Below, one piece after another: positions 52,107 to 64,000 of a DNA stretch of 64,000 nucleotides. Source of the stretch: Mobula hypostoma. Lineage: Eukaryota. The notes beneath the pieces are model-generated. The model was not told where the DNA came from. It worked only from the letters and a program-made list of their open reading frames with translations, and made no database searches. Location: NCBI RefSeq assembly GCF_963921235.1, contig NC_086107.1:114702001-114766000 (forward strand), written 5' to 3'. A program made the position numbers and the translations under genes. Within the stretch, counting starts at the first letter, position 1; every line of letters begins with the position of its first letter.

Positions 52107-55100
52107 GTGAGTGTACAGCCAAGGTACCCGCACGGGGAGGGAATAGAGAGGGGAGAGGGGATGGAGGAGAGACAGGAAGAAGAGTTGGGAGGAAGGTATC
52201 AGGGAGGGTATGGGGTTATAGATTGGAAGACTGGATAGAGGAGGAGGGACAGAATGGGTCAGGGAGAGAGAGAGGGAGATGAGGGGATGGAGGAAGAGAG
52301 GGGGAATAGGGAGAGGTAAGGAGGCTTTGAAAGAGTGGTGGGGAAGAGAGAGAGACAGGGGTCAGTGAGTAAAGCTGGGGGTGGGTGAGGGAGTGTGAGA
52401 GAGGTTGGGGAGGGGAAGAGGGGCATTGAAGGAGTCATGTCCTGCACAGGTATCACCTTCTCCCTCCTTCCCCTCCTTACCCTCCCACGCCTTCCTCCCC
52501 GCCGCACCGCCCTGCAGCAGCGTTCTCAACCAGCGGCCAGGCCACCGCCATTGCTCCTCCCAGAACATCCCAGCTCCGATCCGGGGATACCTTTGGACTA
52601 GGGCCGTCACAGGAGCGGATGGGCAGGTTTCCCCGGTGAGTATTTCTTCCAGGCTGCTGGGTGCTGGGTCTCAAATTCTCAGCACCGTTGCTGTCATCGG
52701 CGAGATACAAGCGTTAGGCAGACTGTAGCATGCAGGTTACAGGCATCATATGCACCACAAACCCCCTCAGCATCAAGGGCATCTGTCATGAAGGACCCTC
52801 ACCATTCAGGACATCAGGGAAGACCCACACTCAATGCTTCAGGGCAAACATCTTTCCCTCTGCCATCAGATATCTGAGCGGTTCGCGATCACTATCCCGT
52901 TGTTCCTGTTTTGCTCTATTTATTTGTCTGTTGTAACGAATGGTAGTTTTTTTTACATCCAACACTGCAACTCAAGGCATATGCCGGCGATTATAAACCT
53001 GGTTCTCATTCTGAATTTGATGGTTGAAGGGAAGTCATGCCAGGCGGCGTGGGACTTCAGGCTTGCGTGCCTCCTGCCGGATAGGAGCGGAGGGAAAGAG
53101 GCATGGCCCCGGACGGCGGGAATCTTTGATGAGAGATGTGTTGGATAAGTACGTCGAGGTAGTCAAAAAGGAAACAGGAATAAAGTGCCACAGTTACAGA
53201 GAAAGTGCAGTGCAGGCCAACAATAAAGTGTAAGACTCACAACAAGCTGTACTGTGAGGTCCAGAGTACATTTTACTTTACTAGGGGACGGTATTACAAC
53301 AGTGGAGTAGAAACTGTCCCGGAGAGCCCGTTTTCAGGTTTTTGTATCTTCTGCCTGATGGGAGAGGGAAGAGGAGAATGTCCAGGATGGGAGAGGGGAG
53401 AAGAGAGAATGTCTGGGGCGGTTGGGGTGTTTAATGATCCTGGCTGCTTTACCGAGGGAGCGGGACGTGCAGACAGAATCCGTGGAGGGGAGGCTGGTTT
53501 CCGAGATGTGCTGAGCTGTGTCCACAACCCTCTGCGGTTTCTTGGAATTGCTTTATCATGCCGTGAAAGGACTTGTCTTGCCTACTGTTCACACAGATCG
53601 ATTCATTACAGTGCATTAAGGTGGAAGAAGGGAACACGATAACAGAATGCAGAATAAATTGTTAGTTACAGGGAAAGTGCAGCGCGGGCAGGCAATAAGG
53701 TGCAAGATGCACGGCGAGGTAGATGCGAGGAGAAGAGTCCGTTCTGTCACACGAGGGGACACTTCCGTGGTTTTGTAACAGCGGGGTAGAAAAATTGAGC
53801 TTGGTGGGACATACTTTCAGGATTTTGCATCTTCTACCCAATGGTGGGGGCGGGGGGGGGGGGAGTGTAGGAGATTAGAGCACAGGATCAGGCCTTTCAT
53901 GATTTCGGTCATGAACTGATTAACCGAATGACGCTTCATCCCTCCTGCCGACACAATGCCCATGTCTCTCGATTCCCTCCACACCATGAGCCTTGTAAAC
54001 GCCTTCACCCTCACCCCCGGCAGAAGCATTCCGTACCACCAATCTCCGCGTTGTAAAAAAAACCGACCCGCACCTTTCCTTTGTACTTCCCCCTTACCCT
54101 AAACGCATTGCCTTTGGCATTAAATATTTCCACTCTAGGGGGAAACACCAGGTGGCTACCTTATTTGTGCCTCTCATAACCTCATAAACCTCTCAATTCA
54201 AACCAGAGCCTCCACCGCCCCAGAGAAAACAACCTACGTTTGTCTGAACTTTGACCAAATCCAATATTAGCTTGGTTACAGAAAACAGAGACTGTTTAGC
54301 TGACTTGTCGGTTGATGGCCTCGGATGCTTGACAGTAATCAATGCCGGGAAATCTGTTTCTAGACCACAAGACCGTAAGAGTATAAGACATAGGAGCAGA
54401 ATTAGGCCATTCGGCTGATTTATTACCCCTCTCAACCCCAATCTCCTGACTTCCCTCAGTAACCTTTGATATCCTTACTAATCAAGAACCTATCAACCTT
54501 TGCTCTAAATATGCGCAATGACTTGACCTCTACAGCTGCCTGTGGCAATGAATTGCACAGATTCGCCACCCTCTGGTTAAAGAAATTCCTCCTCATCTCT
54601 GTTCTAAAGGGACGTCCTTTTATTCTGAGGCTGTGGCCTCTGGTCCTCGGCACCCCCACTGTTGGAAACATTCTCTCCATATACACTCCATCTAGACTAT
54701 TTGATAGGTTTCAATGAGGAACCCCCCCCCCCCCCCGTTGTTCTAAACTCCCATGAGTACAGGCCAGAGCCATCAAACGCTTCTCATACATTAACCCTTT
54801 CAATCCCGGGACCATTCTCATGAACCTCTTCTGGATCCTCTCCAATGTCAACACATCCTTTCTTTGATAAAGGGCCCAAAACTGCTCTCAGTACTCCAAG
54901 TGAAGAGTGTTATAAAGCCTTAGCATTACATCCTTGCTTTTCTGTTCCAGTCGGCACTAATCACCGGCAGCCAACCAGGAGAGACCCCATTTATGCACTG
55001 ACCGGAGCGGGCAGGACATCCCTTCCTGTTTTGGGTAGATCACAAGAACCTCTCCTACACTCAGGACGCGTAGAGACCCAGCTCCCGGCAGCAAGAGTAC

Positions 55101-58100
55101 CAAGGTCGACGCTCTCTCCCGGCAGTTCGACGGGGCTGAGGGCGATGCCATTCAGAGCCCATCCTTCCTCGCTCATGCATTTCTGCTCCGGTGGAATGGA
55201 GAATGGAGGCGGAGATGAGGGCCGCCCGACAGTCAGATCCAGGTCCAGCTGATGAACCTCCCTGCCGGCTATTTGTCCCCGCTAGGTGCGTTTCAAAGTG
55301 TTGGAACAGGGTCTCTCCTCCGTCTGCTTGATCATCCGGGAGGAGATGCAGAAGCGATTTTGCTGGCCATCTATGTCCGAGGACGTCCACGACTTCGTCT
55401 CTCCCTGTCCCACCTGCGCTCAGAACACGACGTCACGCCGGCGCCCTGCGGGTCTACGTCGGCCCACCATCCCCGTCACGTCTCTCGAAGGACTTAATCA
55501 CTGGGCTTCTCCCGTCTAAATGAACCACTTATGTTCTGGTCTTTGTGGATCGATTTTCCAAGGCTGCCCACCTCAATGCCCCTCCCTGAGCTCCCGCCGG
55601 CTCGTGAGGTTGTCACCCTCATGTGTCAGCTTGTGTTCAGGCTGCAGGGACGTAGAGTCTGATCGAGGGCCATAGTTCACGTCCCCGTTACTGGCTCCAG
55701 TCATCCCACGTCCCCTCCACTCCGCTTTCTGGGTGGTTTTCTGGTCTATTCGACGTCTCCTGGCATCTCGCCGGGTGCGGTCAAGCTCCAGTACTTCATA
55801 GATGAGGAGGGGTCCCGAGGAACGTTCATGGATCCGGGCCTATGACATCCTGAACAAATCTCTCATCCAGGAATTCCAGCGGGCACAGGTCTCAGGCATC
55901 TCGGGATCTAGACCAGGGGAAGGTATACGCGGCCGCACAGGCAGGCTAAGCAAAGGGGTCGATAATTGCGCCTGTGAGCATGCACTTCCAGCTAATTACT
56001 GTCTCATTATGGTGATGATCAACTCTCTTCTTATCGAGACTTGGCCAAGCCCACCGCAATGTTTACGCTCCCTGCCTATTCTCGTCCTTGTCCGGTAAAG
56101 AGGTATCCTAATTTATATTATTGGCTAGCTTACTTCCATATTTCATAATTTTTCTCCCTCTTGCCTTCTGTTGGAATGCAGGGAGATGGATGATATGCAG
56201 GTAGAGGGGATTAACTGAAATTGACATAAAGGCTGGTACATATATTGTGGGCCAAAGGGCCTGTTTCTGTCCTGTCCTGTTCCATGTTCTACCTGTAAGA
56301 TTATTCATGAAAACTGTGCCAGAGATCAATTGTGAAAAAGTTTTCCTAGGTCCCAGGGCTCTTTATTCTGGGAAGAAGTTTCAATGCAAGATAGTCCAAT
56401 AACACTCTTCTGAGATCGTACAGAGAGTGAAGCTCCCTCCACACTGTCCCATCACACACTCCGGGGGTCAGGCACAGAGTGAAACTCCCTCCACACCGTC
56501 CCATCACAGACCCCTGAAGTCATAAACAGAGTGAAACTTCCTCCACACTGTCCCAGGGTCAGCCATAGGATGAAGATCCAGACACACTGTCCCATCACAC
56601 ACTTCCCGCGAATCTCCCATTGCACCAGCCATCCCAGACACAGAGTGAAGTTCCCTCTGCACCATCCCATCAAATACCCTCTGTGAGGCTCCCTCCACAC
56701 ACCTATCACATACTCCTGAGGTCAAACATAGTGAAAATCATCCATGCCGTCCCATCAAAGACTGACAGGGTCAGACACAGAGTGAATCTCCGTCCACACT
56801 GTCCCATTACACACTCCCAGAGTCAGACACAGAGTGAAGCTCCCTCTACACCGTCCCATCACACACTCCCAGAGTCAGACACAGAGTGAAGCTCCCTCTA
56901 CACCGTCCCATCACACACTCCCGGGGTCAGACGCAGAGTGAATCTCCCTCCACACTGTCCCATCACACACTCCCAGGGTCAGACACAGAGTGAAACTCCC
57001 TTCACACTGTCCCATCACACAGTCCTAGGGTCAGACACAGAGTGAAGCTCCCTCCACACCGTCCCATCACACACTCCCGGGGTCAGACATAGAGTGAAAC
57101 TCCCTCCACACCGTCCCATCACACACTCCCGGGGTCAGACACAGAGTGAAGCTCCCTCCACACCATCCCATCACACACTTCCGGGGTCAGACACAGAGTG
57201 AAGCTCCCCCCACACCGTCCCATCACATACTCCCGGGGTCAGACACAGAATGAAACTCCCTCCACACCGTCCCATCACACACACCCAGGTTCAGACATAG
57301 AGTGAAACTCCCTCCACACCATCCCATCACACACTCCCGGGGTCAGACACAGAGTGAATCTCCCTCCACACCGTCCCATCACACACTCCCGGACTCAGAC
57401 ACAGAGTGAGTCTCCCTCCACACCGTCCCATCACGGAATCCCATTTCAGAATGGCAGGCGGTGACTAGTGGGGTACCGCAAGGTTCAGTGCTGGGACCCC
57501 AGTTGTTTACAATATATATTAATGACTTGGATGAGGGAATTAAATGCAGCATCTCCAAGTTTGCGGATGACACGAAGCTGGGTGGCAGTGTTAGCTGTGA
57601 GGAGGATGCTAAGAGGATGCAGGGTGACTTGGATAGGTTGGGTGAGTGGGCAAATTCATGGCAGATGCAATTTAATGTGGATAAATGTGAAGTTATCTAC
57701 TTTGGTGGCAAAAATAGGAAAACAGATTATTATCTGAATGGTGGCCGATTAGGAAAAGGGGAGGTGCAACGAGACCTGGGTGTCATTATACACCAGTCAT
57801 TGAAAGTGGGCGTGCAGGTACAGCAGGCGGTGAAAAAGGCGAATGGTATGCTGGCATTTATAGCGAGAGGATTCGAGTACAGGAGCAGGGAGGTTCTACT
57901 GCAGTTGTACAAGGCCTTGGTGAGACCACACCTGGAGTATTGTGTGCAGTTTTGGTCCCCTAATCTGAGGAAAGACATCCTTGCCATAGAGGAAGTACAA
58001 AGAAGGTTCACCAGATTGATTCCTGGGATGGCAGGACTTTCATATGAAGAAAGGCTGGATGAACTGGGCTTGTACTCGTTGGAATTTAGAAGATTGAGGG

Positions 58101-61100
58101 GGGATCTGATTGAAACCTATAAGATCCTGAAGGAATTGGACAGGCTAGATGCATGAAGATTGTTCCCGATGTTGGGGAAGTCCAGAACGAGGGGCCACAG
58201 TTTGAGGATAGAGGGGAAGCCTTTTAAGACCGAGATTAGGAAAAACTTCTTCACACAGAGAGTAGTGAATCTATGGAATTATCTGCCGCGGGAAACAGTT
58301 GAGGCCAGTTCATTGGCTATATTTAAGAGGGAGTGAGATATGGCCCTTGTGGCTACGGGGGTCAGGGGGTATGGAGGGAAGGCTGGGGCGGGGTTCTGAG
58401 TTGGAGGATCAGCCATGATCATAATAAATGGCGGTGCAGGCTCGAAGGGCCGAATGGCCTACTCCTGCACCTATTTTCTATGTTTCTATGTTTCTATGTT
58501 TCTATCACACACTCCCGGGGTCAGACACAGAGTGAAGCTGCCTCCACACCGTCCCATCACACACTCCCGGGGTCAGACACAGAGTGAAGCTCCCTCCACA
58601 CCATCCCATCCCACACTCCCGGGGTCAGACACAGAGTGAAGCCCTCTCCACACCGTATCATCACAGAGATTGAGGCTCCTTCTGCGGTATGCAATGGACA
58701 AACTGTTGAGTGGAGATATGCCGCGAGGTTGTACTGTAAACTCACAGGATTTAACACCCGATCCCTACGATGCTGATACAGGATGGCTGTGAATGGAAAC
58801 CAGGACGTGGGAGAGCAGAGATGGGTCAGCGTGGAGTGAATGGTACTACTTGTCAGCAAGGCAGTAGGACAGATAAGAGTGACATCAACTATACAGCAGC
58901 AGAGGCAGATTCTGGGTACTTGGGAGTTATAGGGTTATAGAGGGTGTTCGGGAGTGATGGGGCTACAGAGGCTATTGGGGAGTTATAGGGTTATAGAGGG
59001 TGTTCGGGAGTGATGGGGCTACAGAGGCTATTGGGGAGTTATAGGGTTATAGAGGGTGTTCGGGAGTGATGGGGCTACAGAGGCTATTGGGGAGTTATAG
59101 GGTTATAGAGGGTATTTGGGAGTGACGGGGTTACAGAGGGTGTTTTTTTTTAATTAAGTGCAATCGTGAACAATAGCCGATCAGAAACGCTGATCAAGTC
59201 AGCTAGTTCCCAAAGAGAACTCTGATAAGCCAGTCAGATGGTTCACTGCTGCTCAGCGATAGAACACAAAAAAAATCATATATACAATTAAGAAACATTT
59301 AAAAAATAGTAGAAGTACTGGAGTCATGATGATCATGATGAAGTCTGCTGGAGAGAGACATTTATACACATGCTGTCCTCCATAATTCAAAGAGATTGAA
59401 GGATAAGGTTGCAGGGTGACAAAACGTGGCAGGAGCACTTGGAGCTGAAAACTGATCCCTACCGGGAGAAAACAGCACCTGTTCTTTCCGTACTGTTCTC
59501 CAGCAGTTTAAGGGCTAAGTCCAGCCGGAACATAACTCACAAGTGCTCTTGAAAGTCAAGTATTAACCCTACCTACCAACAGCCAAGCATTGTTCGGGAG
59601 TGATGGGGCTACAGAGGGCATTGGGGAGTGATGGCATTACAGAGAGTATTGGGGAATGACGGGGCTACAGAGAGTATTGGGGAGTGATGAGGTTCCAGCG
59701 GGTATTGAGGAGTGATTGGGTTACAAAGGGTATTGGGGAGTGGTGAGATTACAAAAAATATTGGGGAGTGTTGGGGTTAAGGAAGGTTTTAGTGGCGATG
59801 GGGCTACAGAGGGCATTGGGGAGTGATGGGGTTACAGAGGGTATTAGGGAACATGTACTTAAAGGGCTTAAAGGAGTAATTAGATGAAGGTTATCGGGGG
59901 TGTTATATAACATATTCAGTCCCTAACACCCTCTGTAATCCTCTCACTCCCTGCTAGCCCCTCTAACGCTTCACTTACAGTGAGGTTCCCTCCGCTACCC
60001 TCTCACTTGCTTTTACCTTCTGTCAGCCCCTCCCTTCATTTTCTGCTCAACCCTCCCTCAGGGTGACAGTCCTTCCTCACTGACACCCCACCCACTCAGA
60101 GCAAACATTCCTCCTTGCTGCTGCTCCCTCGGTGTGACGTTCTCTCCTGGTTGTCTCTCCCTCTCTCGCCCTGTGCTGCTCGACCGCCCCCCCCACCCCC
60201 CGCCCTTTGCAGAGCAGAGCACGTTCCTGAGACGGTAGATGTGGTCTTTCTCTTCGATGGGTCCAACAGTATCTCCAGACGAGACCTGGAGCAGATCAAA
60301 AAGTTCATGTTGAGGACGATGGAGGAAGCGGATGCCGGAATGCAGGTGGGTGACGGGGTGGGAGAGAGATCGGGCGTGGGGAGGAGAGGGTGAAACGAGA
60401 GGGATTATTTTCCTTATTCCGTATACTGCACACATTCAAATATAACATCTTTAGTCCTGTGTTCACTCTTTATGATTTTGTCCACCTTTAACCTTGCAAC
60501 CCACCCTGTTGACCGCAATTTCGCTCGATCATCAGCCTCTCCTTGGTGGCAGTCCCACTACACACGGCCTCTGTTTGTAAACCAGCTGCCCCATCCTCTG
60601 CACTATCACTCCAGTTCCCATGCCTCTGCCAAATTGGTTTAAATTTCCGGATCAGCTCTAGCAAGCCTACCCACGCGGGTATTGGCACCCCTCTGGTCCA
60701 GGTATAACCCGTTTCTTTTGTACCTTCCCCAGAAAAGATCCATTGATCCAGAAATCTGAAACCCTGCCCCAGGCACCAGTTCCTTAGCCACGCATTCACC
60801 TGCCAGCTCACCCTATCCCTACCCTCAGCGGCACGTGGCACCGGCAGCAATCCTGAGGTCACTACCCTAGAGGTGCTGCTTTTCAGCTTTCTACCTAACT
60901 CCCTAAAATCTCCCTTCAGGGCTTCCTCACCTTTCCTACCTGTGTCATTGGTGCCAACATGTACCAGACTTCTGGCTGCTCTCCGTTCCCCTTGAGAATG
61001 CCGCCGACCCGATCGGGAGACATCCCTGACCCTGGCAACATGTCATCCAGGTGTCTCTACCATGCCCACAGTATCTCGTCTCCATCCCTCCGACTATGGA

Positions 61101-64000
61101 ATCTCCTGTCACCACGACAGTGCTCTTCACCTCTCTCCTCTTCTCAACCGCAGCACCAGACTCAGTGCCAGAGACCCGGTCACTGCAGCTCCTCCCGGTA
61201 GGTTGTCCCCTCTCCCCAGCAGTATCTAAAACGGTGTACATGTTACTGAGGGGAACAGCCACAGGGATGCTGTGCCCTGGCTTCCCATTTCCCTTCCCTC
61301 TCCTGACAGTCACCCAATTACCTGTCTCCTGCAACCTCAAGGCGACCACTTCCCTGTGGCTCCTGTCCACCAGCTCCTCATTCTCCCTATGAGCCGAAGG
61401 TCCTCAAGCTGATGCATTTATCCGGGAGACAGGAGCTCTCCCAGAATTCCCGCATTTCACACAAGCATTCTTCTAGGGTGCATCACAACCTGGTATGGAA
61501 GTTGCCACGTCCAAGACCGAAAGAAGCTGCAGAAGATCGTGAACACGACGCAGCACATCACACAAACCAATCTTCCGTCCGTGGACTCACTTTACACCGC
61601 ACGCTGTCGGAGCAGTGCTGCCAGGATAATCAAGGACACGACCCACCCAGCCAACACACTTTTCACCCCTCTTCCCTCCGGGAGAAGGTTCAGGAGCTTG
61701 AAGACTCGTACGGCCAGATTTGGGAACAGCTTCTTTCCAACTGTGATAAGACTGCTGAACGGATCCTGACCCAGATCTGGGCCGTAACCTCCAAATATCC
61801 GAACCTACCTCTCGGTTTTTTTTTGCACTACCTTACTTTCCATTTTTAATTTTCTATTTATGATTTATAATTTAAATTTTTATATTTACTAATTTTTACT
61901 ATTTTTAACATTTAATATTTGTAATCCAGGGAGCGGGAAGTGCAGAATCAAATATCGCTGTGATGATTGTGCATTCTGGTATCAATTGTTTGGTGACAAT
62001 AAAGTATAAAGTGTAAAGGAACACAACACAGCCCCTGCCACCTCTCTCACTGTGTTACTATGCGGTAGGAGACGAGGAACGAAGGATTAGTAAGGAAAAA
62101 GGAGACTTACTATACCCAAACTTGATCGGCCAAATTCACTCCAAACACTGGCCCATTCACACAATGGCCACTCCACCTGCACTAGTGTTATTTTTATTCA
62201 CGCTTTCCTATGAATCTGGCTGTGATTGGTCGCAGTCCAACTCTGAAAAACTGCTGCAAATGTTCTACCTTCTTAATCTTGAGTGCAAGCCTGATTGAAA
62301 AGGTAGCCCACTCAATGATTGGTCACAGTCCGACTCCAACTGAACAGGAAAAGTGCAGAGATTTACAAGGATGTTGCTGAGACTCGAGGCACTGATTTAT
62401 GGAGAGAGGTTGGGCAGGTTGGGACTTTACTCCTTGGAGCATAGGAGACTGAGAGGTGACCTTACAGAGGTGTATAAAACCATGAGGGGCACAGACAGGG
62501 TGTGTGCGTGAACCAGAGGGCACAGGCTTAAGGTGGGAGGGGAGAAATTTAATAGGGACCCAAGGCGTGACATTTTCACCCGGAGGGTGGTCCGTATATT
62601 AAACAAGCAGCCAGAGGGAGGGGTTGAGAAAAGTATATTTACATATATAAGTCACTCAAATGGGTACACGGATAGGAAAGGGATGTGGGCTAAACATAGG
62701 CAGATGGCTCCAGTTCATATCGGGATCTGGTAAAGCAGGGATGGGTTGGGCCAAATGGCATGTTTCCATGCTGAATGATTCTATAAGAGATGTTCTGAGA
62801 CAGGAATAAATGGGCCAGTGGAATTAGTTTGGGGACTGACACGGGGCTGTGGAGAGAGAGCAGGGCAGTGGGATTAGTTTGGGGACTCACATGGGCCTGT
62901 GGTAAAAGGCCGGGCGATGATATGAGTCGAGCAGGTATAAAGGACTGGGTGTCTCTTTCTCTCTCCACTGGCCTTCTTCTCGTTCCAGTTTGCCATCGTA
63001 CAATACTCCGCGCTTGTCAGGACAGAACTGAGCTTTAAAACGTTCCAGGCCCAACGGAAGAATCTGCGTAATATCGTGAATAACATCCAGCTGATGGAGA
63101 GTGCAACCTATACCGCAACTGGGATCAATTTTACCATGTAACTAAAACGTGTCCGGGAGTGTGTGATGGGACAGTGTGGAGGGAGAATCACCCTGTGTCT
63201 GACCCCGGGAGTGTGTGATGGGACGGTGTGGAGGGAGTTTCACTCTGTGTCTGACCCCGGGAGTGTGTGATGGGACGGTGTGGAGGGAGTTTCACTCTGT
63301 GTCTGACCCCGGGAGTGTGTGATGGGACGGTGTGGAGGGAGATTCACTCTGTGTCTGACCCCGGGAGTGTGTGATGGGACGGTGTGGAAGGAGCTTCACT
63401 CTGTGTCTGACTCAGGAGTGTGTGATGGGACGGTGTGGAGGGAGCTTCACTCTGTGTCTGACCCCGGGAGTGTGAGATGGGACGGTGTGGAGGGAGCTTC
63501 ACTTTGTGTCTGACCCCGGGAGTGTGTGCTGGGACGGTGTGGAGGGAAATTCACTCTGCGTCTGACCCCGGGAGTGTGTAATGGGACGGTGTGAAGGTTA
63601 TTTCACTCAGTCTGACTTCAGGAGTGTGTTACGGGACATTGTAGAGGGATGTTTTCCAGTATTCTGGGAATAATTTAACACATTCCTGTCTTCTGACTGC
63701 GAATATTTGGATGGTGTGGTTACCATCGCACTGTGTGACGGCACTGGAAGTGACAGGTCACTGTTTGTTTACGGGTGAGTTTTCTGAGGTCTGTGTGATG
63801 GGGAAGGGGACAATTGTGTGGTGTGTGGTCCCTACCAGAGGGGATCAGGGGAGGAGGGAGCGTGATCTCCTATTCCTGATGTGACCTTCCTCCCTCTGGT
63901 GCTGTGCAGAAACAGAGTGTTCACTGAGGAGGCGGGGGCGAGAGAAGGTGCGAAGAAGGTCGTGATCGTGATCACGGATGGAGCGACCACACCAGGAGAT
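52067..64000 (+). CDS. Leukocyte-type (ITGAL/ITGAM/ITGAX-like) integrin alpha-related gene, 3'-partial; join(52067-52106,52518-52635,60213-60345,62989-63137,63910->64000)
   Basis: VWA/I domain with MIDAS residues (VDVVFLFDGSNSI; ATYTATGI; KKVVIVITDG), split by introns at the positions recalled for beta2-type alpha chains (Q|FAIVQYS phase 0; next intron phase 2). Linking the first two exons to the I-domain exons is inference from phase. Confidence 0.75.
52518..52635 (+). CDS. Putative exon 2 AAFSTSGQATAIAPPRTSQLRSGDTFGLGPSQERMGRFPR
   Basis: Pyrimidine tract + ctgcagcag tandem acceptor, CG|gtgagt donor, open in phase 1-2; DTFGLGPSQ may be a degenerate FG repeat. Confidence 0.55.
54955..55915 (+). 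mobile_element. Degraded Gypsy (chromovirus-like) LTR retrotransposon pol remnant
   Basis: Integrase zinc-finger segment RFCWPSMSEDVHDFVSPCPTCAQN, VDRFSKAAHL, SDRGP.FTS, and chromodomain-like GPEERSWIRAYDILNKSLIQEF. Confidence 0.8.
56420..58655 (-). repeat. 52-bp minisatellite array B (inverted relative to A and C), interrupted by CR1
   Basis: Reverse complement of the array A unit at 56420-57434 and 58504-58655. Confidence 0.95.
57435..58503 (+). mobile_element. 5'-truncated CR1 LINE inserted in array B
   Basis: VTSGVPQGSVLGPQLFTIYINDLD..KFADDTK ORF, premature TGA at 58154, (tttctatg)n tail, atcac duplicated at 57430-57434 and 58504-58508. Confidence 0.93.
58918..59852. repeat. 30-bp minisatellite with 60-bp dimer periodicity, split by an insertion
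   Basis: ggggagttatagggttatagagggtgttcgggagtgatggggctacagaggctatt repeated. Confidence 0.88.
59145..59590 (-). mobile_element. Unclassified poly(A)-tailed retroposed insert
   Basis: T-run at the left end, tgtt at both junctions, stem-loop near the inferred 3' end. Confidence 0.6.
60213..60345 (+). CDS. I-domain exon 1, (R)AEHVPETVDVVFLFDGSNSISRRDLEQIKKFMLRTMEEADAGMQ
   Basis: ctttgcag acceptor (alternative AG gives start 60218), CAG|gtgggt donor, DxSxS motif. Confidence 0.92.
60487..61460 (-). mobile_element. CR1 LINE 5' region (ORF1 with esterase-like GDS motif)
   Basis: NWVTVRRGKG..VPLSNMYTVL..VVVTGDSIV; SGLLPVPRA..VNAWLRNWC..GFRFLD. Confidence 0.75.
61465..62016 (+). mobile_element. Rex/Babar-like LINE 3' fragment nested in CR1
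   Basis: ILLGCITTWYGSC..KKLQKIVNTTQHIT..LFTPLPSGRRFRSLKTRTARFGNSFFPTVIRLLN; aataaagtataaag tail. Confidence 0.75.
62989..63137 (+). CDS. I-domain exon 2, FAIVQYS...ELSFKTF...IQLMESATYTATGINFT
   Basis: cgttccag acceptor, AT|gtaact donor, phase 0-2. Confidence 0.92.
63153..63650 (+). repeat. 52-bp minisatellite array C, about 9 copies
   Basis: Same unit and orientation as array A; starts about 15 nt after an exon donor. Confidence 0.95.
63910..64000 (+). CDS. I-domain exon 3 (runs off window), (I)NRVFTEEAGAREGAKKVVIVITDGATTPGD
   Basis: gtgcag acceptor, phase 2; GAR.GA.KV.IVITDG motif. Confidence 0.92.

Noticed and set aside
52653..52728. LLGAGSQ segment resembling the integrin VGAP exon
   Set aside because: Would need a 17-nt intron, lacks GAP and the conserved cysteines, and runs into a stop.
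58780..58925. Frame reading ...INYTAAEADSGYLG, reminiscent of an integrin YLG motif
   Set aside because: No good splice signals, merges into a minisatellite, and that motif normally lies after the I domain.
60062..60131. Possible extra exon before the I domain
   Set aside because: Stop codon in the phase-2 frame needed after exon 2, weak donor, and no integrin similarity in the open frame.

Overview
Vertebrate genomic DNA, very repeat-rich. The repeat repertoire (CR1, Rex/Babar, Penelope-like, V-SINE-like, Buster hAT, Tc1, several GC-rich minisatellites) suggests a cartilaginous fish, probably a ray; this is inference. Two spliced + strand genes were reconstructed by hand from splice signals and reading phase. 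(1) An AUTS2/FBRSL1/FBRS-family gene, most like fibrosin (FBRS): 17 phase-consistent coding exons from 11729 to the TAA at 39345 (about 903 aa), with exon 1 upstream of the window. (2) The 5' part of a leukocyte-type integrin alpha-like gene (ATG 52067; I-domain exons at 60.2, 63.0 and 63.9 kb) that runs off the window and apparently lacks the beta-propeller exons normally found before the I domain. Most long ORFs in the six-frame track are artefacts of tandem repeats. Main findings: the apparently propeller-less I-domain gene; minimal hammerhead-ribozyme motifs in Penelope-like termini, including a perfect 69-bp-arm palindrome with a 14-bp TSD that folds back at the predicted cleavage site; a candidate new cassette exon and a missing conserved microexon in the FBRS-like gene; and inverted 52-bp arrays flanking a phase-symmetric exon pair. 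Homologue comparisons are from recall, not from database searches.
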